This document shows positions 15,001 through 30,000 of a stretch of DNA of 64,000 nucleotides, in pieces. The position numbers were made by a program, and so were the translations under genes. Each line of letters opens with the position of its first letter. Position 1 is the stretch's first letter. The notes under the pieces were generated by a model. The model made no database searches, was not told the origin of the DNA, and saw nothing but the letters and a program-made list of their open reading frames with translations. Source of the stretch: Phoronis australis (lineage: Eukaryota; Animalia; Phoronida); contig NMRA01000368.1 in assembly GCA_002633005.1 (NCBI GenBank), positions 172,166 to 236,165 of the forward strand. Reading direction: 5' to 3'.

Positions 15001-18000
15001 TTCTAAAAAGTAAGTTTTTAAGAAAAATATTGACTTGAGTCTACACATAGTAAAATCTCTGGTATTTTGCTGGTAAGATTTTCATGTAAAAGCCATCCAT
15101 TGTAGACACACATCTGCTTGCATGTTACCTTATATTGTCAGGGTTTACTTCTTATTTCTTACAAGCAGTGTTAATAACATGTAGAATCAAGTACAGGGAC
15201 ATGGAACTCTGTTTTAAAAAGTACATAACTGCACCATCTCTTACAACCTTTGTCCAGGATTGTCTGGAGTACATTTCAGTGTTTTATATGCGCCCACATA
15301 TATACATTGTCCAGGATGGTCTGGAGTACATTTCAGTGTTTTATATGCGCCCACATATATACATTGTCCAGGATTGTCTGGAGTATATTTCAGTGTTTTA
15401 TATTTGCCCGCATATATACATTATATGTGGGCGCCTTATGCCGTCATCCCCATCTGTCCGGTGTCTTCTGCTCTATCTTCAGAACCCTTTGATGCAGGAA
15501 ATTTTGCTTGTATGTTTCTTCCGTGGATGGGACTGCATGAGGCAATTTTAGTTTTTTACATTTACCTCAGTCTGTATCCTAAAAGGTCCTCAATAGCTTC
15601 TCATAATATTTGGTAAATAGGCATCTATTAGTGAGATGACCTTAACTTCCAGTTTTCGGGTGGATTCGAAGTATTTTGCACCGCTTAGTGCCCAGCTGTA
15701 CTGTTTTCAAGTCTTTTTTGAAATCGTGTCCATATGGATTTATTGCTTTTGAGTTTGATATTGTTGCCGCACTTTTTTATTTAATTCTAGTTTGAAGTTG
15801 ACAATTTCAACTCATCCATTCAGACCATTGTGTATTTTTGAAGCGAGTAATCCTGCTGATTTTTCACCCTTCACAGATATTTTCAGTTCAGATTGCTTTT
15901 GACAATCTAATCATACAGCGCCCTCACTCACATGAGGGGAGATTTAATTGTGTCCTCTGTGAGGGAAACTTTTGGTCGGGAAATATCCCCAAATTGCAGT
16001 CATCACTCCACACTGGCAAAAATTGCATAATTGCACTCTTGAGTGTAATTTTTCAATCATTGTAGGGTAATTTTTGTGTCTAATGAGGGTATTTGAATGT
16101 GTCTTTAAAATATTTTCGATAGGGAAATGAGGCTGATATTTGTCCCTAAGACATCAAATGCCCTTTTATTACTTGTTCACATTAAATATTTGTTTGCAGC
16201 TTTCCTCATTCGCTTGTTCATACTGTGTTGTATCTCACCATGGTTTATAGAATCTTGTTATTTTCACTTAAGAAACCTTCAGCTATATTCCCGCCAATAA
16301 TATCTGGGCCCCTCGACCCAAGAACAGGTGACAATCCGAATTCAGATGACGTAGTGGTAAGGGCATATCTAATTGTCCGCCAGAAAAATTGATGGTTTGA
16401 AAAAAAGATTTTGTAGACACGTTCCACGTGACTTCAGGTTAGATACTATCTGCCACTTTTCACATATTATGTTACCAGTTCAAACTAAGAAGCAAAAAAC
16501 ATCAGGCCAATGTAGAATTTCCGATGGATTATGACTTGGCTATTAAACATGCCAATTTTGGTTGGATAATATGTTTTGCTGATTAGGCAGTTATGGAACG
16601 TGTCTATAAATTCTGCAGAGCAAGTCTGGACTTCGCTTTCCCCAATGCATTTTTGACTCGAATTGACGTCAGTAGAGAACCTTCTCTGCCAGAGTGCTTC
16701 AGTCCTGCTGCTGTTCAAATTCAGTTTGAGCAGCTCTTGCACTCCTGCAAAAATATTTGAACTCATCTCTCCTATCACAATGCACTTCCTGTCGGCTTTT
16801 CCTGTTATGCATTTTCACAGATTGACTTTGTTGCATTATGATGCAATGGAGGAATGTATCATTGGAATATTACAACTAACTTATTGGTTGGATGGCAACT
16901 AACCTTCAGGTTATTTGTGAATCCATGAAACTGCTAGAAGTCTTTGTTCTTTTATCTTTATAACAAATTTACGCATTATCTGTTAAAAAGAATGTGATTT
17001 TGTTGAAACTGAGTTGACTTACACAGCCATAACTTAATTGATTAACTTAAAATCAACTTTCTTGAAAATTTGACTATTTTCTCTCTAACAACTGTTGCCT
17101 CGTGTAAACTGATATGTGCATGTGCCTGCACCTAAGGCAGACAGCATCCAGGTTATAAAAAATGTTGAATGCCATGAAGTCTTGTTAATCTGAAATGGCC
17201 ACAGGGTGACCTGGTTTGTTGCATGCTACATATTTAAGTAAATCCTGTAAGACTGGGAAAATCATTAAGATATTGGTAACAAAAGCTTACCTGTCCTCCT
17301 GGCTTTGCCCTTTTTGAAAAACGTACTATCTTTAAGTAACTGATTTCGTCTCAAAAGTGTATTGCACTGTAAGGCTATACCACTTATGTTTAGACGGGTA
17401 ATGAACATGAGCCAGTAGACCTCAATGTGCTCCCTGGAGTGGACACGCTACCTGGCCCTAGGGGTGAAAAATTAGAAGAACAAAAGCACGCGAATGCTCA
17501 GGTACATATCCGGCTTTCCCTAACAAATTAGCGGTGCAGAATTGCTAACCCCGTTGTAGAGGTCAACGAATATGGGAACTATGGCATGCGAATCTTCATT
17601 GGCTTCAGTCTTACACATAACACATCCTAACAGCATGTTTCATTTAGCCAATGTAGAGTTCCTGATTTCACCTAAGGGTTCTACTGCTTGGTATTTAGAA
17701 CAAAGGATACGCAGCTGGAATGGAGATTCCTGGGTTGAACAATATACCTGGCCCAAGGAGTGCTCTTACCGAGGTAGGCAAGCGTAGGATCGGTCAGGTA
17801 TCTGTTGAATTTGGTAATAAACCTGTTGCTTAGAATCCTCAACTAATCCTCTCAGCCTGTGAAGTGAAACTAAACTAGGTGTAAAGGAATAAGAATGAAG
17901 TTGTATGAAAGTTATTGGAAATGTAAACAAACACAGATTCTGTCCATTCACTCCCAAAACGGTTATGCATCCCTACAAGTCCCCATGAGGCTGTTTCAAA

Positions 18001-21000
18001 AAGAATGCAATGGGCTATTTGGAAGGCTGCTTTGCTGAACGCATGACCTGATTGGTCATAGACTTGAAAGTTATATGGAGTTCACCTTGCCAGGAGCTAT
18101 CATAAGTCCTCAAATTTAAATACTTTGACAGTCTTTTAAGGACAAAAACCGATGTCGTCTTTATGACTACATTTTTCATGTTACATGGGCCAAAGTCCTT
18201 GCAGGCACACGTGACGATCGCAGTGTCAAGCATTTGTATTAAGTTCCTTGGAAAATGTGGTTGTCCCTGGCTTACCGGTAACAGTAATACTCTGTCCAGG
18301 TGCCAGCTGTTTTGAACAATGATAATCACAATTTTCTGCTGTTTGTCGATAACTAAGAACTAGTTTTCCAAGAAAATAATATATGAAACCTCTGTAAACA
18401 TTAACGAACTGCTTTGATAGTTTTTGCACCCATCAACATTGGCCAACTTCTATTTTCAAACTTGTCTTTGTTGAGTTTGCAAACCATTAGGTGCATGACC
18501 AAACAGTGAGGACTCCTCCTAGAACAGTAATCGATGTGTGCAATGCAGATCAGAAACATGTCTTCACATGCATGGTACTTCACCTTATGCATTCTGCCTC
18601 TGACTTTTGCCTCTCCTAATACTACAATAGTGACGGCTTTGTTGTTGTGACATCAGGCTATTACATTTTCATCATCACTTGCGTAATAACTTTTCTTTTT
18701 TGGAGTTTCCTAATAACAATCATATTTAAGTCTATGGGCCACCAGTTTCTTATGGTTGTGTGCTATTAAATAGCTCCTGCTATTGTACATGTAGCTAATA
18801 AGACAGTCAAATCAGTTCAATGACAGCACTCAGAGGAGAGATACTTAGTGATATTGAAGGAAAAAAATGAAGGGAAATCCATGGTGAAAGCATGACCGCC
18901 CACAAACATGACAATTTTGATTCAAATACCAAAACACTTAGCTGATGATGTGGCACTAACAAAAATACTGCGACAATGTGCCGACAATATATAATGACGA
19001 CATAACACGATTGATGAAAGTGATGCTACTGTAAGTGGAAATGATGTCAGCTATACCGAATATGCATGTAACGATCCTTTTTGTGCCACTGCTGATAATT
19101 ACATCAATACTTGGAGTAATACCAAGCTCCAGGTAAATTGACGACGACGGAGGTGTTAGTACCAGAGCCAACATTCCCAATGGCAACATCCATAGCGACG
19201 CTGGAGCAAATAGGCAAATGACTAGAACATTGCTGATGAACCGAAGAGCCCATCTAACAGCCAGAGCAGCACTGCTGACATGCGTTTGATTACCAAAATG
19301 CCAATGACATATGCTGTATTCCAAAAATACTAATCCAAAGTGGCAATTCACAACTCTCTCGACATCCACTAAGACCGTCAAAAATATCACTGAGACTTGG
19401 CAGTGACACTGACGCCGTTGGCGATAACCAAAGTGGAGACAAAAAGAACTTAAAAAACCAACCCTGTTCATATTTCATGTAAATATATACCACTATGTTA
19501 TCACGTGAGTAAATAAATGTACATTAAATTGATCTCATGAGGCCCAACATGGCATCATTTCCCAACTAGGAACTAACCGTGTTTCTTCGTTAATGTGAGT
19601 CCGTCATCTTTTAATTTGGGTGAATGGATCGTGTTTTGTGAGTCCGATCATGTGGTGAGTCAGTGACAAATAAGTAAGAAGATGTCACCAAAGCTTAACT
19701 GTTGATCTCAATGACGTGCCAGTCGTGAGACAGATCAGACTTAAGTGAGTGAGCAAACGCTTGCAATGGACAATATTCGATATCTGGATTTGGAATTCAG
19801 CAGTCGTCTGGAGTTGCAACTAAGTGAGAAACATCTATGTAATGACCTAGCTAATTCTATTGTCTAACTGGTTCTGAATAATGTCTATGAAGTATGCATG
19901 ACTACTGGTACTTTATACCCACTAAGTGGCAATTGTATTTTTGCGTTTTCGTCTGTATACACCAAATTTGATGAAGGGTCTTCATTAGAAAAGATTTGTA
20001 CTTAGAGAACTGCACGTTTCTGTGCAGTTTTGACTTCTGTCTGAAAAAGTGAACCGTGACTTGCGAAATAAAGTAAAGCACATTGTGGGTGCAAATCATG
20101 ATGCTCTGCGTTGCATTTGTTGCATGCGTGTTTTAGTTGCCATGGATATCGAAATAATCAAGACTTTTAATGCTCAAACTATTGGGTATCTCTTTTATGA
20201 ACAAAACAAGATTCCATTGCCCCAATCACGTTATGGCAATTGTGTGCTTTGAATTTTTTGAAGCTAATTCAACCACCCACCCTACAATCAGAATCACCCA
20301 CCTTTTTGACATGCATCACAATATTTTCATTGTCCTGTTGTGTTAAAGGCCTGGGTGTGCAGGGCCATACTAATTTTCCTATTTACCCTAGTTTCCAATT
20401 TCACTGACACAACTCAAAGAATATGTCAGCTAATCCAAATGGTCATTCAGATTCTCTCTTAAATCCTCCCTTTGATTGCTGTACTAGATTCCATGATCAT
20501 ATATCAAGGATTTTTCCCATTGCATTTATGCAAAATGAGCTGACAGTCATCGCTTTTTAGGTGGTGTTTCTCTTGTAAGCTTGATGATTACGTTCTAATC
20601 CTCAATTGCTAAATGTTTGCAGCCTCTGACTTGGTGGTGCTGGTCTCCCGTTGTTCCCTACCCCTGGTGTTGTCATGGCTTTAGGTGTCTTAATTGTCTC
20701 CCCTGCTTGTTGTGTTTGCCATCCGTCCTCTGCCACTTGCGTTAACACTCGAGTCAAAATAATTCATTTCAACACTGACATGTTTCAGAGTTTTATTNCA
20801 AACATGACAATTATACAAATACCAAACATGACAATTATGATACAAGTACCAAACATGACAATTATGATACAAGTACCAAACATGACAATTATGATACAAA
20901 TACCAAACATGACAATTATGATACAAGTACCAAATATGACAATTATGATTCAAGTACCAAACACTTAGCTGATGATGTAGCACTAACAACAATACCGCGA

Positions 21001-24000
21001 CAATGTGCCGACAATATATAATTACGACATAACACGATTGATGAAAGTGATGCTACTGTAAGTGGAAATGATGTCAGCTATACCGAATATGCATGTAGCG
21101 ATCCTTTTTGTGCCACTGCCGATAATTACATCAATGCTTGGAGTAACACCAAGCTCCAGGTAAATTGACGACGACGGAGGTGTTAGTACCAGAGCCAACA
21201 TTCCCAATGGCAACATCCACAGAGACGCTGGAGCAAATAGGCAAATGACTAGAACATTGCTGATGAACCGAAGAGCCCATCTAACAGCCAGAGCAGCACC
21301 GCTGACATGCGTTTGATTACCAAAATGCCAATGACATACGCTGTATTCCAAAAATACTAATCCAAATTGGCAATTCACAACTCTCTCGACATCTACTAAG
21401 ACCATCAAAAATATCACTGAGACTTGGCAGTGACACTGACGCCGTTGGCGATAACCACAGTGGAGACAAAAAGAACTTAAAAAACCAACCCTGTTCATAT
21501 TTCATGTAAATGTACCACTATGTTATCACGTGATTAAATAAATGTACATTAAATTGATCTCATGAGGCCCAACATCATGGCATCATTTCCCAACTAGCAA
21601 CTAACCGTGTTTCTTTGTGAATGTGTGTTCGTCACCTTTTAATTTGGGTGAATGGATCGTGTTTTGTGAGTCCGATACTGTGGTGAGTCAGTGACAAATA
21701 AGTAAAGAGATGTCACCAAAGCTTAACTGTTGATCTCAATGACGTGCCAGTCGTGAGACAGATCAGACTTAAGTGAGTGAGCAAATGCTTGCAATGGACA
21801 ATATTCGATATCTGGATTTGAAAACAGCAGTCGTCTGGAGTTGCAACTAAGTGAGAAACATCTGTGTAATGACCTAGCTACTTCTATTGTCTAACTGGTT
21901 CTGAATAATGTCTATGAAGTATGCATGACTACTGGTATTATATACCCACTAAGTGGCAGTTGTATTTTTGCGTTTTCGTATGTATATACCAAATTTAGTG
22001 AAGGGTCTTCATTAGAAAAGATTTTGTACTTAGAGAACTGCACGGAAACGTGCAGTTTTGACTTCTGTCTGAAATAGTGAACCGTGACTTGCGAAATAAA
22101 GTAAAGCACATTGTGGGTGCAAATCATGATGCTCTGCATTGCATTTGTTGCATGCGTGTTTTAGTTGCCATGGATATCGAAATAATCAAGACTTTTAATG
22201 CTCAAACTATTGCGTATCTGATTAACTCAATTCTGAAGCTTAAGGTCTCCTTTATGAACAAAACAAGATTCCATTGCCCCAATCACGCTATGGCAATTGT
22301 GTGCTGTGAATTTTTTGAAGCTAATTCAACCACCCACCCTACAATCAGAATCACCCACCTTTTTGACATGCATCACAATATTTTCATCGTCCTGTTGTGT
22401 TAAAGGCCTGGGTGTGCAGGGCCATACTAATTCTCCTATTTACCCTAGTTTCCAATTTCACTGACACAACTCAAAGAATATGTCAGCTAATCCAAATGTT
22501 CATTCAGAATCTCTCTTAAATCCTCCCTTTGATTGCTGTACTAGATTCCATGATCATATATCAAGGATTTTTCCCGTTGCATTTATGCAAAATGAGCTGA
22601 CAGTCATCGCTTTTTAGGTGGTGTTTCTCTTGTAAGCTTGATGATTACGTTCTAATCCTCAATTGCTAAATGTTTGCAGCCTCTGACTTGGTGGTGCTGG
22701 TCTCCCGTTGTTCCCTACCCCTGGTGTTGTCATGGCTTTAGGTGTCTTAATTGTCTCCCCTGCTTGTTGTGTTTGCCATCCGTCCTCTGCCACTTGCGTT
22801 AACACTCGAGTCAAAATAATTCATTTCAACACTGACATGTTTCAGAGTTTTATTGCCATCCATAACTCACAACATGTTTATTGACAGTAGCATACTTATC
22901 AAACTGTTTTATTTAGGTGAGAATAGCTCCTGCTGAACCGCCATGCTTTACCACACATCCCTGTCTCCAATACCAAATCATCCTTTCCTGGTTATATTTC
23001 CCAACTAATAAGCTTCACCTAAAATGAAACAGTATTTTAGGCATCGTCAGTCTTGCAATTAGGGTCAAAGAATAATGCTCCTATGTCCGCAACTCTTCCT
23101 ACGTTTGTCGCGCCTGGAATTATGACCAAACTTACAAAAGGTACCACTATGCGTACGAAATCCTATAGCAAATATTGCCAGCATATTGCGAGTTGGCTGT
23201 ATTTTCCTGAATTAAGATATGTCAGTTAAGAAACTCTGAAACATGTCGGTGTTTGAAAATTCTCGTAGCAATTGAAATCTTGTGTTGTTACCAAAAGATT
23301 AAGTGTGTTTTGGTAATCATTGACTGAAATAAAGACATTTTTTGTAGTGGTTTTCTATAACAACCAGTTTCGATAATCTTGATTTAATTGTCTTAAACTG
23401 TTTCATAATTCATGTGTGCCAGTGTGTTGTGCCAATTTCATTTTTATTTTTAACCACTCAAGTCTTGTTGTATCCATGGTCATTAGCATAATTTATTACT
23501 GGAACACTCAAAAGTTACTTGTCCGGATTAATGCCATAAGTGCTTGAATTTAGTAACTCAAAAGTAGTGTGATGACATAAGCGTAGACATTTCAGTGAAA
23601 CTTCATTAACTTGTTTGCATAAATCAAAGAAAATCTAGAACATGTATCTAATCTCATTCGGAGACCTGTGTACAGCTTTACATTGACTTTTGGTGTCAGT
23701 AAAGTGTCACTAATTTATTACATCAATGGCTGACAGGTAATTTCACAAATGATATGTAGCACCAAAGTGATGCTTAGCCTGTTCGAGTTCTGTTACCACA
23801 GCTACCAAAAGACTAAATTTGAAAACAGTCAGGGCTTTGACAACGATGTAAGAAGCACTTGAATAAAGTTAATGCAGTTTTGGAAATCATTTTCGTCTGA
23901 AATTGGTGATATTTCACCATACCTAGAATATGCGTCTTAAAGTGTCTATAAACCCTAACCTTTTATCACAAAAAATGAATTTTGATTTAGACAATTTACC

Positions 24001-27000
24001 ATGACTGTGAAATTGATCCGACTCTGTTCCTCCATTAAGTGTTGTGTGATTTCAGAGACTTGAGGGAACTGGCAGTTGCCTGAAAGCAGACCCCTGCAAG
24101 TTGGCTTGTCGGCCAGTATCTTTCATGTGCCGAACATATTGTATCGAGGAATAAGAAACTAAATGTTAAGGAATCACCACCCATCTTGTTCAACAAAATT
24201 AGACCAAGTAATTGTGTTGTCTAAATCAAAGTTCACTTCTTGAACAGTTACCTTTAGCTCATTTTAAATAAAGCAGCAGTATCGAGAGTACACTTACATG
24301 TATTTTCTTACCTGAGCTTGCCCCGTGCTACTAAAACTTTAACTGCTGGTTACTCATAAGAAAGTGAGTCTCGTATTTTTTGAGAGCCAAAATGATAAAT
24401 AGGCGGGCTTTTACAAAGGCTCGGTGCGACTGATTTCAAGGAAGTCTCAAAAGTATAGATAAGGAACTGGAAATTCTGCACGTGGTCATTAATTCGGACA
24501 AATACCATTGTTTTGAAAAAATTACATAATATATAGAAAAGTACTTTATGAGCTTTTGTGAAAGTTGAGTGTGAAATTATGCATTATTTTCACCATTTAT
24601 GTTACAGATTAGCGGTCAGAAAGGTGAAAAAGGTGACAAAGGCGATCGAGGTGTGTAGTTTAATTTAATTTATTACAGGTTCTTATAGCCAGTACCAATT
24701 ATGCTATTGCGTAGTGCTCATTCCAAATATTCCGCGTGGCCACAGTTTGTGTGTACGTCAACAATTCTAGGCCTTAGTTTCAGTAGCAGTCAAAACTTAG
24801 CGATAACATTTCTTATATGAACATATGCATAAACAACTGCTAGATGGTTCCACAACAGGGATTTATACAGGATTCCAAATTTTCCGAAAACATTGGCCAA
24901 ACACAAGTGTTGCTGCGAGCGTTGATGGCCCATCCCTCCTTGGTCGGCCATAGAACCATATAGTGGTGTATCCACGCCATGTAAAAGCTTACTACAGTGG
25001 AGTGAAAATAAACGAGTCATTGATAAAACACAGACTATTTGTTCATATTCAGTAACTTTAAAATGAAAGTCCCTACCAACGTGCTTGAAACAGTATGTGA
25101 GGAAACATTTGACTCAAAAAGAATGAAACGTTCATAGTACAGATGCTAATGTCCTCTAAATCCAAAAATTATAACTAGAGGTAATGATTTCAACAGTAAA
25201 GTCCTGTCTCCCACGTAGCAGACGGTCTGAATGAAGTGAGTAACGCGAGTTTGCATTTTTATCGTACATGGTTTTAACAATCGAGCCTATGTTTTCTCTC
25301 TATCACGTCTTGCATAGCATTCACAGTCAATACCCTTGTAATGTTTGTTAGAATTCGACGTCAAAAAATAAAAAAATTTGAAATGACCATTGATTTGAGT
25401 GACTGACAACCAGCCGATAATATCGATAAAGTGATCATCATTACAAGCAACTTTTTAAAACTTTTCCCGTCTTTAATTCTGGCTGTCCCCTTGAACCCAT
25501 CCAAAATAAACATACAAACCGATGTTGCACTGAAAACTACATTTATTACATCACCTTCAAATGTTAAAAGTCACAAACAAACAATCTAGGCCACTGGGTT
25601 GTGGCTGTATTGATGTAACATTATTCACCCTTGCTTTTTTATTTCATTTCCTGTTCATTAGCTTAATTATTGTTTTGAGAGTACTTTTCCATATAACTTC
25701 ACAATACATGTGTGACTTGGACGTTTCTTGTCTTTTTGTCAAGTTAAAGGTGCAGATTATTGATGTAATTATTACGTTGTTTAACTGACCCAAAATGTGA
25801 CATTGATTCAGAGCATTTTAAAGGTTGTCACACAACTGCGAGTAGCTGGAAAAGACAGCAGTGCGCTATAATTAGTATAAATTGCTGCCAGTGTTATTAA
25901 AAGGCACCAGATTATGCTGATATTTTTTCATGTTGACATTTTGCCTTCATGTATCATCACCTGAGCTTTAAAGTACTGATTTTTTTAATTTGGTTTCCAA
26001 GGATTGGCTGGCTTTGATGGTAGAAAAGGGGAACCAGGAGACAGAGTCGTGATTGAAGGCAACGGTTCTGTGTTGAAGGGAGAGAAGGGAGATCAGGTAA
26101 CTGTCCTGTTGGTTGTTGAATGGATAGATAGTGTCTGAACTTAAAAAGTGGTTGTAAATTTTTGATATAGACCATTAACCATTTTGAAATTCATTTCTAA
26201 TTGTCCGTTAGTCAAAATAGGTGGGGATTCTAGGCTTGGAAAGAACTTGAGAAACTGCTGTGTATCATATATTTCCCAAATTGCCATGTTGCTGTGGCGT
26301 TGTCCTTTCCTGAAATCAACAGTGAATGGGTGAAGCAAGGATCATTTTAGAAGAGTATACCTATGAGTCAGTCAATTGGCCCACTTGGCCTCAAGTGTAC
26401 CTGAATGTACCTCTCTTACACATTTGAAGCAGTCTCGGAAGTTGGACTAACATGTTAATGTTCGACATATGTCCGAAAATGGCAGGTGACTTGCAAGCTC
26501 TGTTTCCAGAGATAAGAAGGAGACCGTATATAGGCAAAATAAAGGTCATTTATTATGACAGATAAGGATAGGTTCTCAAGTATAACCTGGCCACAAATAT
26601 GTTACAATTTTTATTTCAATACTATGTAACAAAGACAGGTATGAACATTAATTCCACAATTTTTTTATTAATACTTGTCATCAAGTATTTGAAAAATTAC
26701 ACTTCCTTTACTTTGCTGAAATTATGTCATGGAAAATGAAAATCATTCTGGAAAACTCGAGGATATTATGAATAAAATAATGTGTTCAACCATGCATTCA
26801 AGTTACTAAATTTATTTTAAAAATCTGTGATAGTTTATTTGTTAATTTTTCTCCTCAGGGCATTCCTGGCGAGTCCATCCGTGGTCCACAAGGCCCACCT
26901 GGCCCCCCAGGACATACTTCCTATTTAGGGGATGGTAATGGAGGACTGGTAGGGCCGCCCGGACCCCCGGGTCCCCCAGGACTTCCTGGACCGGGATTTG

Positions 27001-30000
27001 GAAGTGCACTTGAAGCCACATCAGGGGTTTGTACTGCATAAGTTTAATGTTTCTTAATGTCGCCTGTCGTGGTCCAGTGATGTACAAAAGGCCAAGTAAT
27101 ACTATGCTCCTTCGTCTGATGTGGATTTATCATGTTGTCCAATTCAAATGACCTCCTTAACTCACCTCTCTGCATTTAATGTGGAAATGCCATACCTGTG
27201 TACAAGGCCTAAAGCAAATTTGGTTCCAGGACCTGTGCAAGAAACATTTTTTACTTATGTTAAGTCAATGATTTATCTCATCTTCCAAACTTTGAAACTT
27301 CCACATCCAGTGAGATAGTCAAATTTAAGACAACACGTAAGTAAACAAAATTTACAAGCCAAACTTAAGGTCTTTCTTGAAATGGCCTTGAGACAAATTG
27401 AAGTTTTATCTTAAAATTAACTGAAGTTTACAAATTGTCTTACTGAAGTCAGTTTTTGGAATGTTTCTCTACCTCTTTTCATTTTGAGACGTGCTCTGCA
27501 GACCAAAAATAACGTCCGCCTACATCAAGTTCAACCAATGTTTTGTATTTTTGCTTAAAGACACATAGGCAAGCTTAAAGTAAGGAAGGTTTTAAATGCC
27601 ACGATTTAGCAAGCACTGAATAAAAAAAACGTGCATCTTTTTTGCTTTTCTTGGGTGGATTTTCTTTTTAAAAGATTGAGTATTACTAACTAAAAAGGCC
27701 GCAACTTGATTTTCAAAAATGAAGTGACAAGAACTATTTTTTTTGGCCTAACATGGTTGTAAAGCATAATTGAGACTTCTGACTTGTGAAATTCCGGCAT
27801 AACATTGGGGTTTCTTTGGTCATGGATACTCATCCAGAACTATAAACCTTTTGTTACTGTGTGTTTATTTTCAAAGTCCAACTGATGTATACTGAGAAAT
27901 ACAGGGTTCTCCAAGAACTACGTTCGCTCATCTTACATGTCACATTCAAAAATCCTATTGCATGTGAGCGACACCTGTGATTTGCAACCATCAGCAAAAT
28001 TCTGAGCCAATTGACGGACTAGATACCCCCTTTCAGACAAAAATGATTAAAAAATTGTATTCGTGGAGCTGTGGAAATCTAGTGCCTTTGATCTAAGGGA
28101 TGTCGGTGTTCATCCTGGTACAATCTGAAAGTAATTATGTTCTCTTGTCCTGTGTTACAGGCGGTGGTCCTAAAGGATATGGAAGAGCTGATGAATATTG
28201 GGCACTCAATGCCCGCGGGAACGATAGCGTACCTTGTGACGGAGGAAGGGGTGTATGTGCGTGTCAAAATGGGCTGGCGGGAACTTCAGGTAACCGACAA
28301 ATATGTGAGGCAAGAATGCATGTATTTTTAAAAACATGAAATGAATAAGTGAAATAAAAGCTTGAGATCCACCAGGTGGCGCTTGCGAAACAATGGCCCT
28401 CTCAGAAGAGCCGCATTCGTGTTAGAGCTAGAGAGGGAGGAGAGGGGGGGAGGGGGTGAAGGAAGAGGGGAAGGGTATGTAATGCCCATTCAGATACAAA
28501 AAACAAATAACAAAATCACTGCACAGGTTGTACTAGGTGGCCTCTGAAAGGTAGAGAGGTAAGTTGTTGCGATTTCCACATTGTGTGCAGGCAACACGCG
28601 TCGAGATTTCGCCAGAATCGAAATCAAGTCTAGTCAAAAAGAGCTGGTCTCTGTTTTTTTGTATCAACATTTCATTGAAATTTGCTTTTGTGCAATTCAT
28701 TTTATAGTTTCTATGAACACATATACAGCCCAGAAAATTTTAATTGTTAAAATTCATGTGTGATATGGTTTAATACGTTACGAACTGAAAGAATCATACA
28801 AAAGGATCTGGAATTCCTTGCCTTGAGGACTGAATGTTAAGTGACATTCGTCATCGCAGTGACCATTTATGGAGCTCAGAATGACGAGGAATTTTCCGGA
28901 AAGTTTGTATTTGTGGAAATATCATTTTGTACTTACAATTGTATCGCAATGAGGGAACATTCCCAGTCATTTTTGCTACGAACGGAATTCAACGTCATGG
29001 CAAGATAACTGATTTTTCTAATTAATTTTGGGATGTACCATAGCATCATCATGCTCGGAACAAGTGTTCAGTGTACATCAATGTTTCATAACAATTTTAT
29101 TGTCAGTACTCATTAACAAGACAGTGTATTTTGTTTGCAGCTTGGGCGATTGTTTGAGCTACCATCTACCACATCACCAACTGTAAGTGAAATCAGCTGC
29201 ACTTAATGTTATGTAGGACCTCATAGACTAGTCTGTGTATTTGGCCAAATATCTAATACATATTAACTATAAATTTTAATGCATTTCAACTAAATATTTT
29301 GTGAAAGTAGAGCACCTGTAGAAATTAATTTTTGACCTTGTGCTAATCTGCCACTCAGTGGGTCACATGATCCTGTTGTTTATAGTAAAATTTATCAAAA
29401 ACAAAAGGTATATTCTTAGCAAAACGACGGTATCAGTAACAAAACCAAATTTCATTTGAAATGTAAATGTTCTAGACAATGTCTGAAAAACACTATAATA
29501 CATAATGTCATTTTCTTAGCCATTGTTTTGTTTTTGTAACTTCAGATTTTGTTTTTTCATCAGATTCTTGGAGATCCTGTTTTTGTTAGCCCTCAATTCA
29601 AAAGTAGAACAATTTGAAAATAATTGCTAACAATGTTTTGGAGAAATTTACATAAATCATAGTATTTGAAAGTTTCATTTCTGAGGTGTGACGTTCTGAA
29701 GTTAGCCAAATTTGGATATTTGTCTAGGGTCTTTCATAATCTCTACTTCTGTTCCGTTTTTGATTTCCTGTTATTTAAAGTGGCATGTTGCCATGTTAAG
29801 CAGATTAAAACATGAAAATCACAATTTAGTTTTTACTCTCATAATTTTCCTTACCGTGATATTAATCCATTTCTGTTACTAACAACATCGAAACCATTAG
29901 CTGCTGAAGAAGATGCTTCAGAGTTAATCAGGGTTGTCCAACCCAATATTGCAAATTTGAAAATGGTATGTGTACACAATAGCTGGGGAAGTGCCATCCA

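Noticed and set aside
15135-15616. Overlapping ORFs in three frames
   Set aside because: Produced by the stop-free 60-bp tandem repeat
16619-16760. Alternative terminal exon after the ttctgcag acceptor
   Set aside because: The phase-0 reading hits a stop after 15 codons, with no other support
20799-20962. 27-bp repeats as a CRISPR array
   Set aside because: Head-to-tail with no spacers, in eukaryotic intronic context
18956-21498. Minus-strand ORFs of 171 and 158 aa (MNRVGFLSS...)
   Set aside because: No recognisable domain; they lie in the duplicated intronic block and look like antisense shadows
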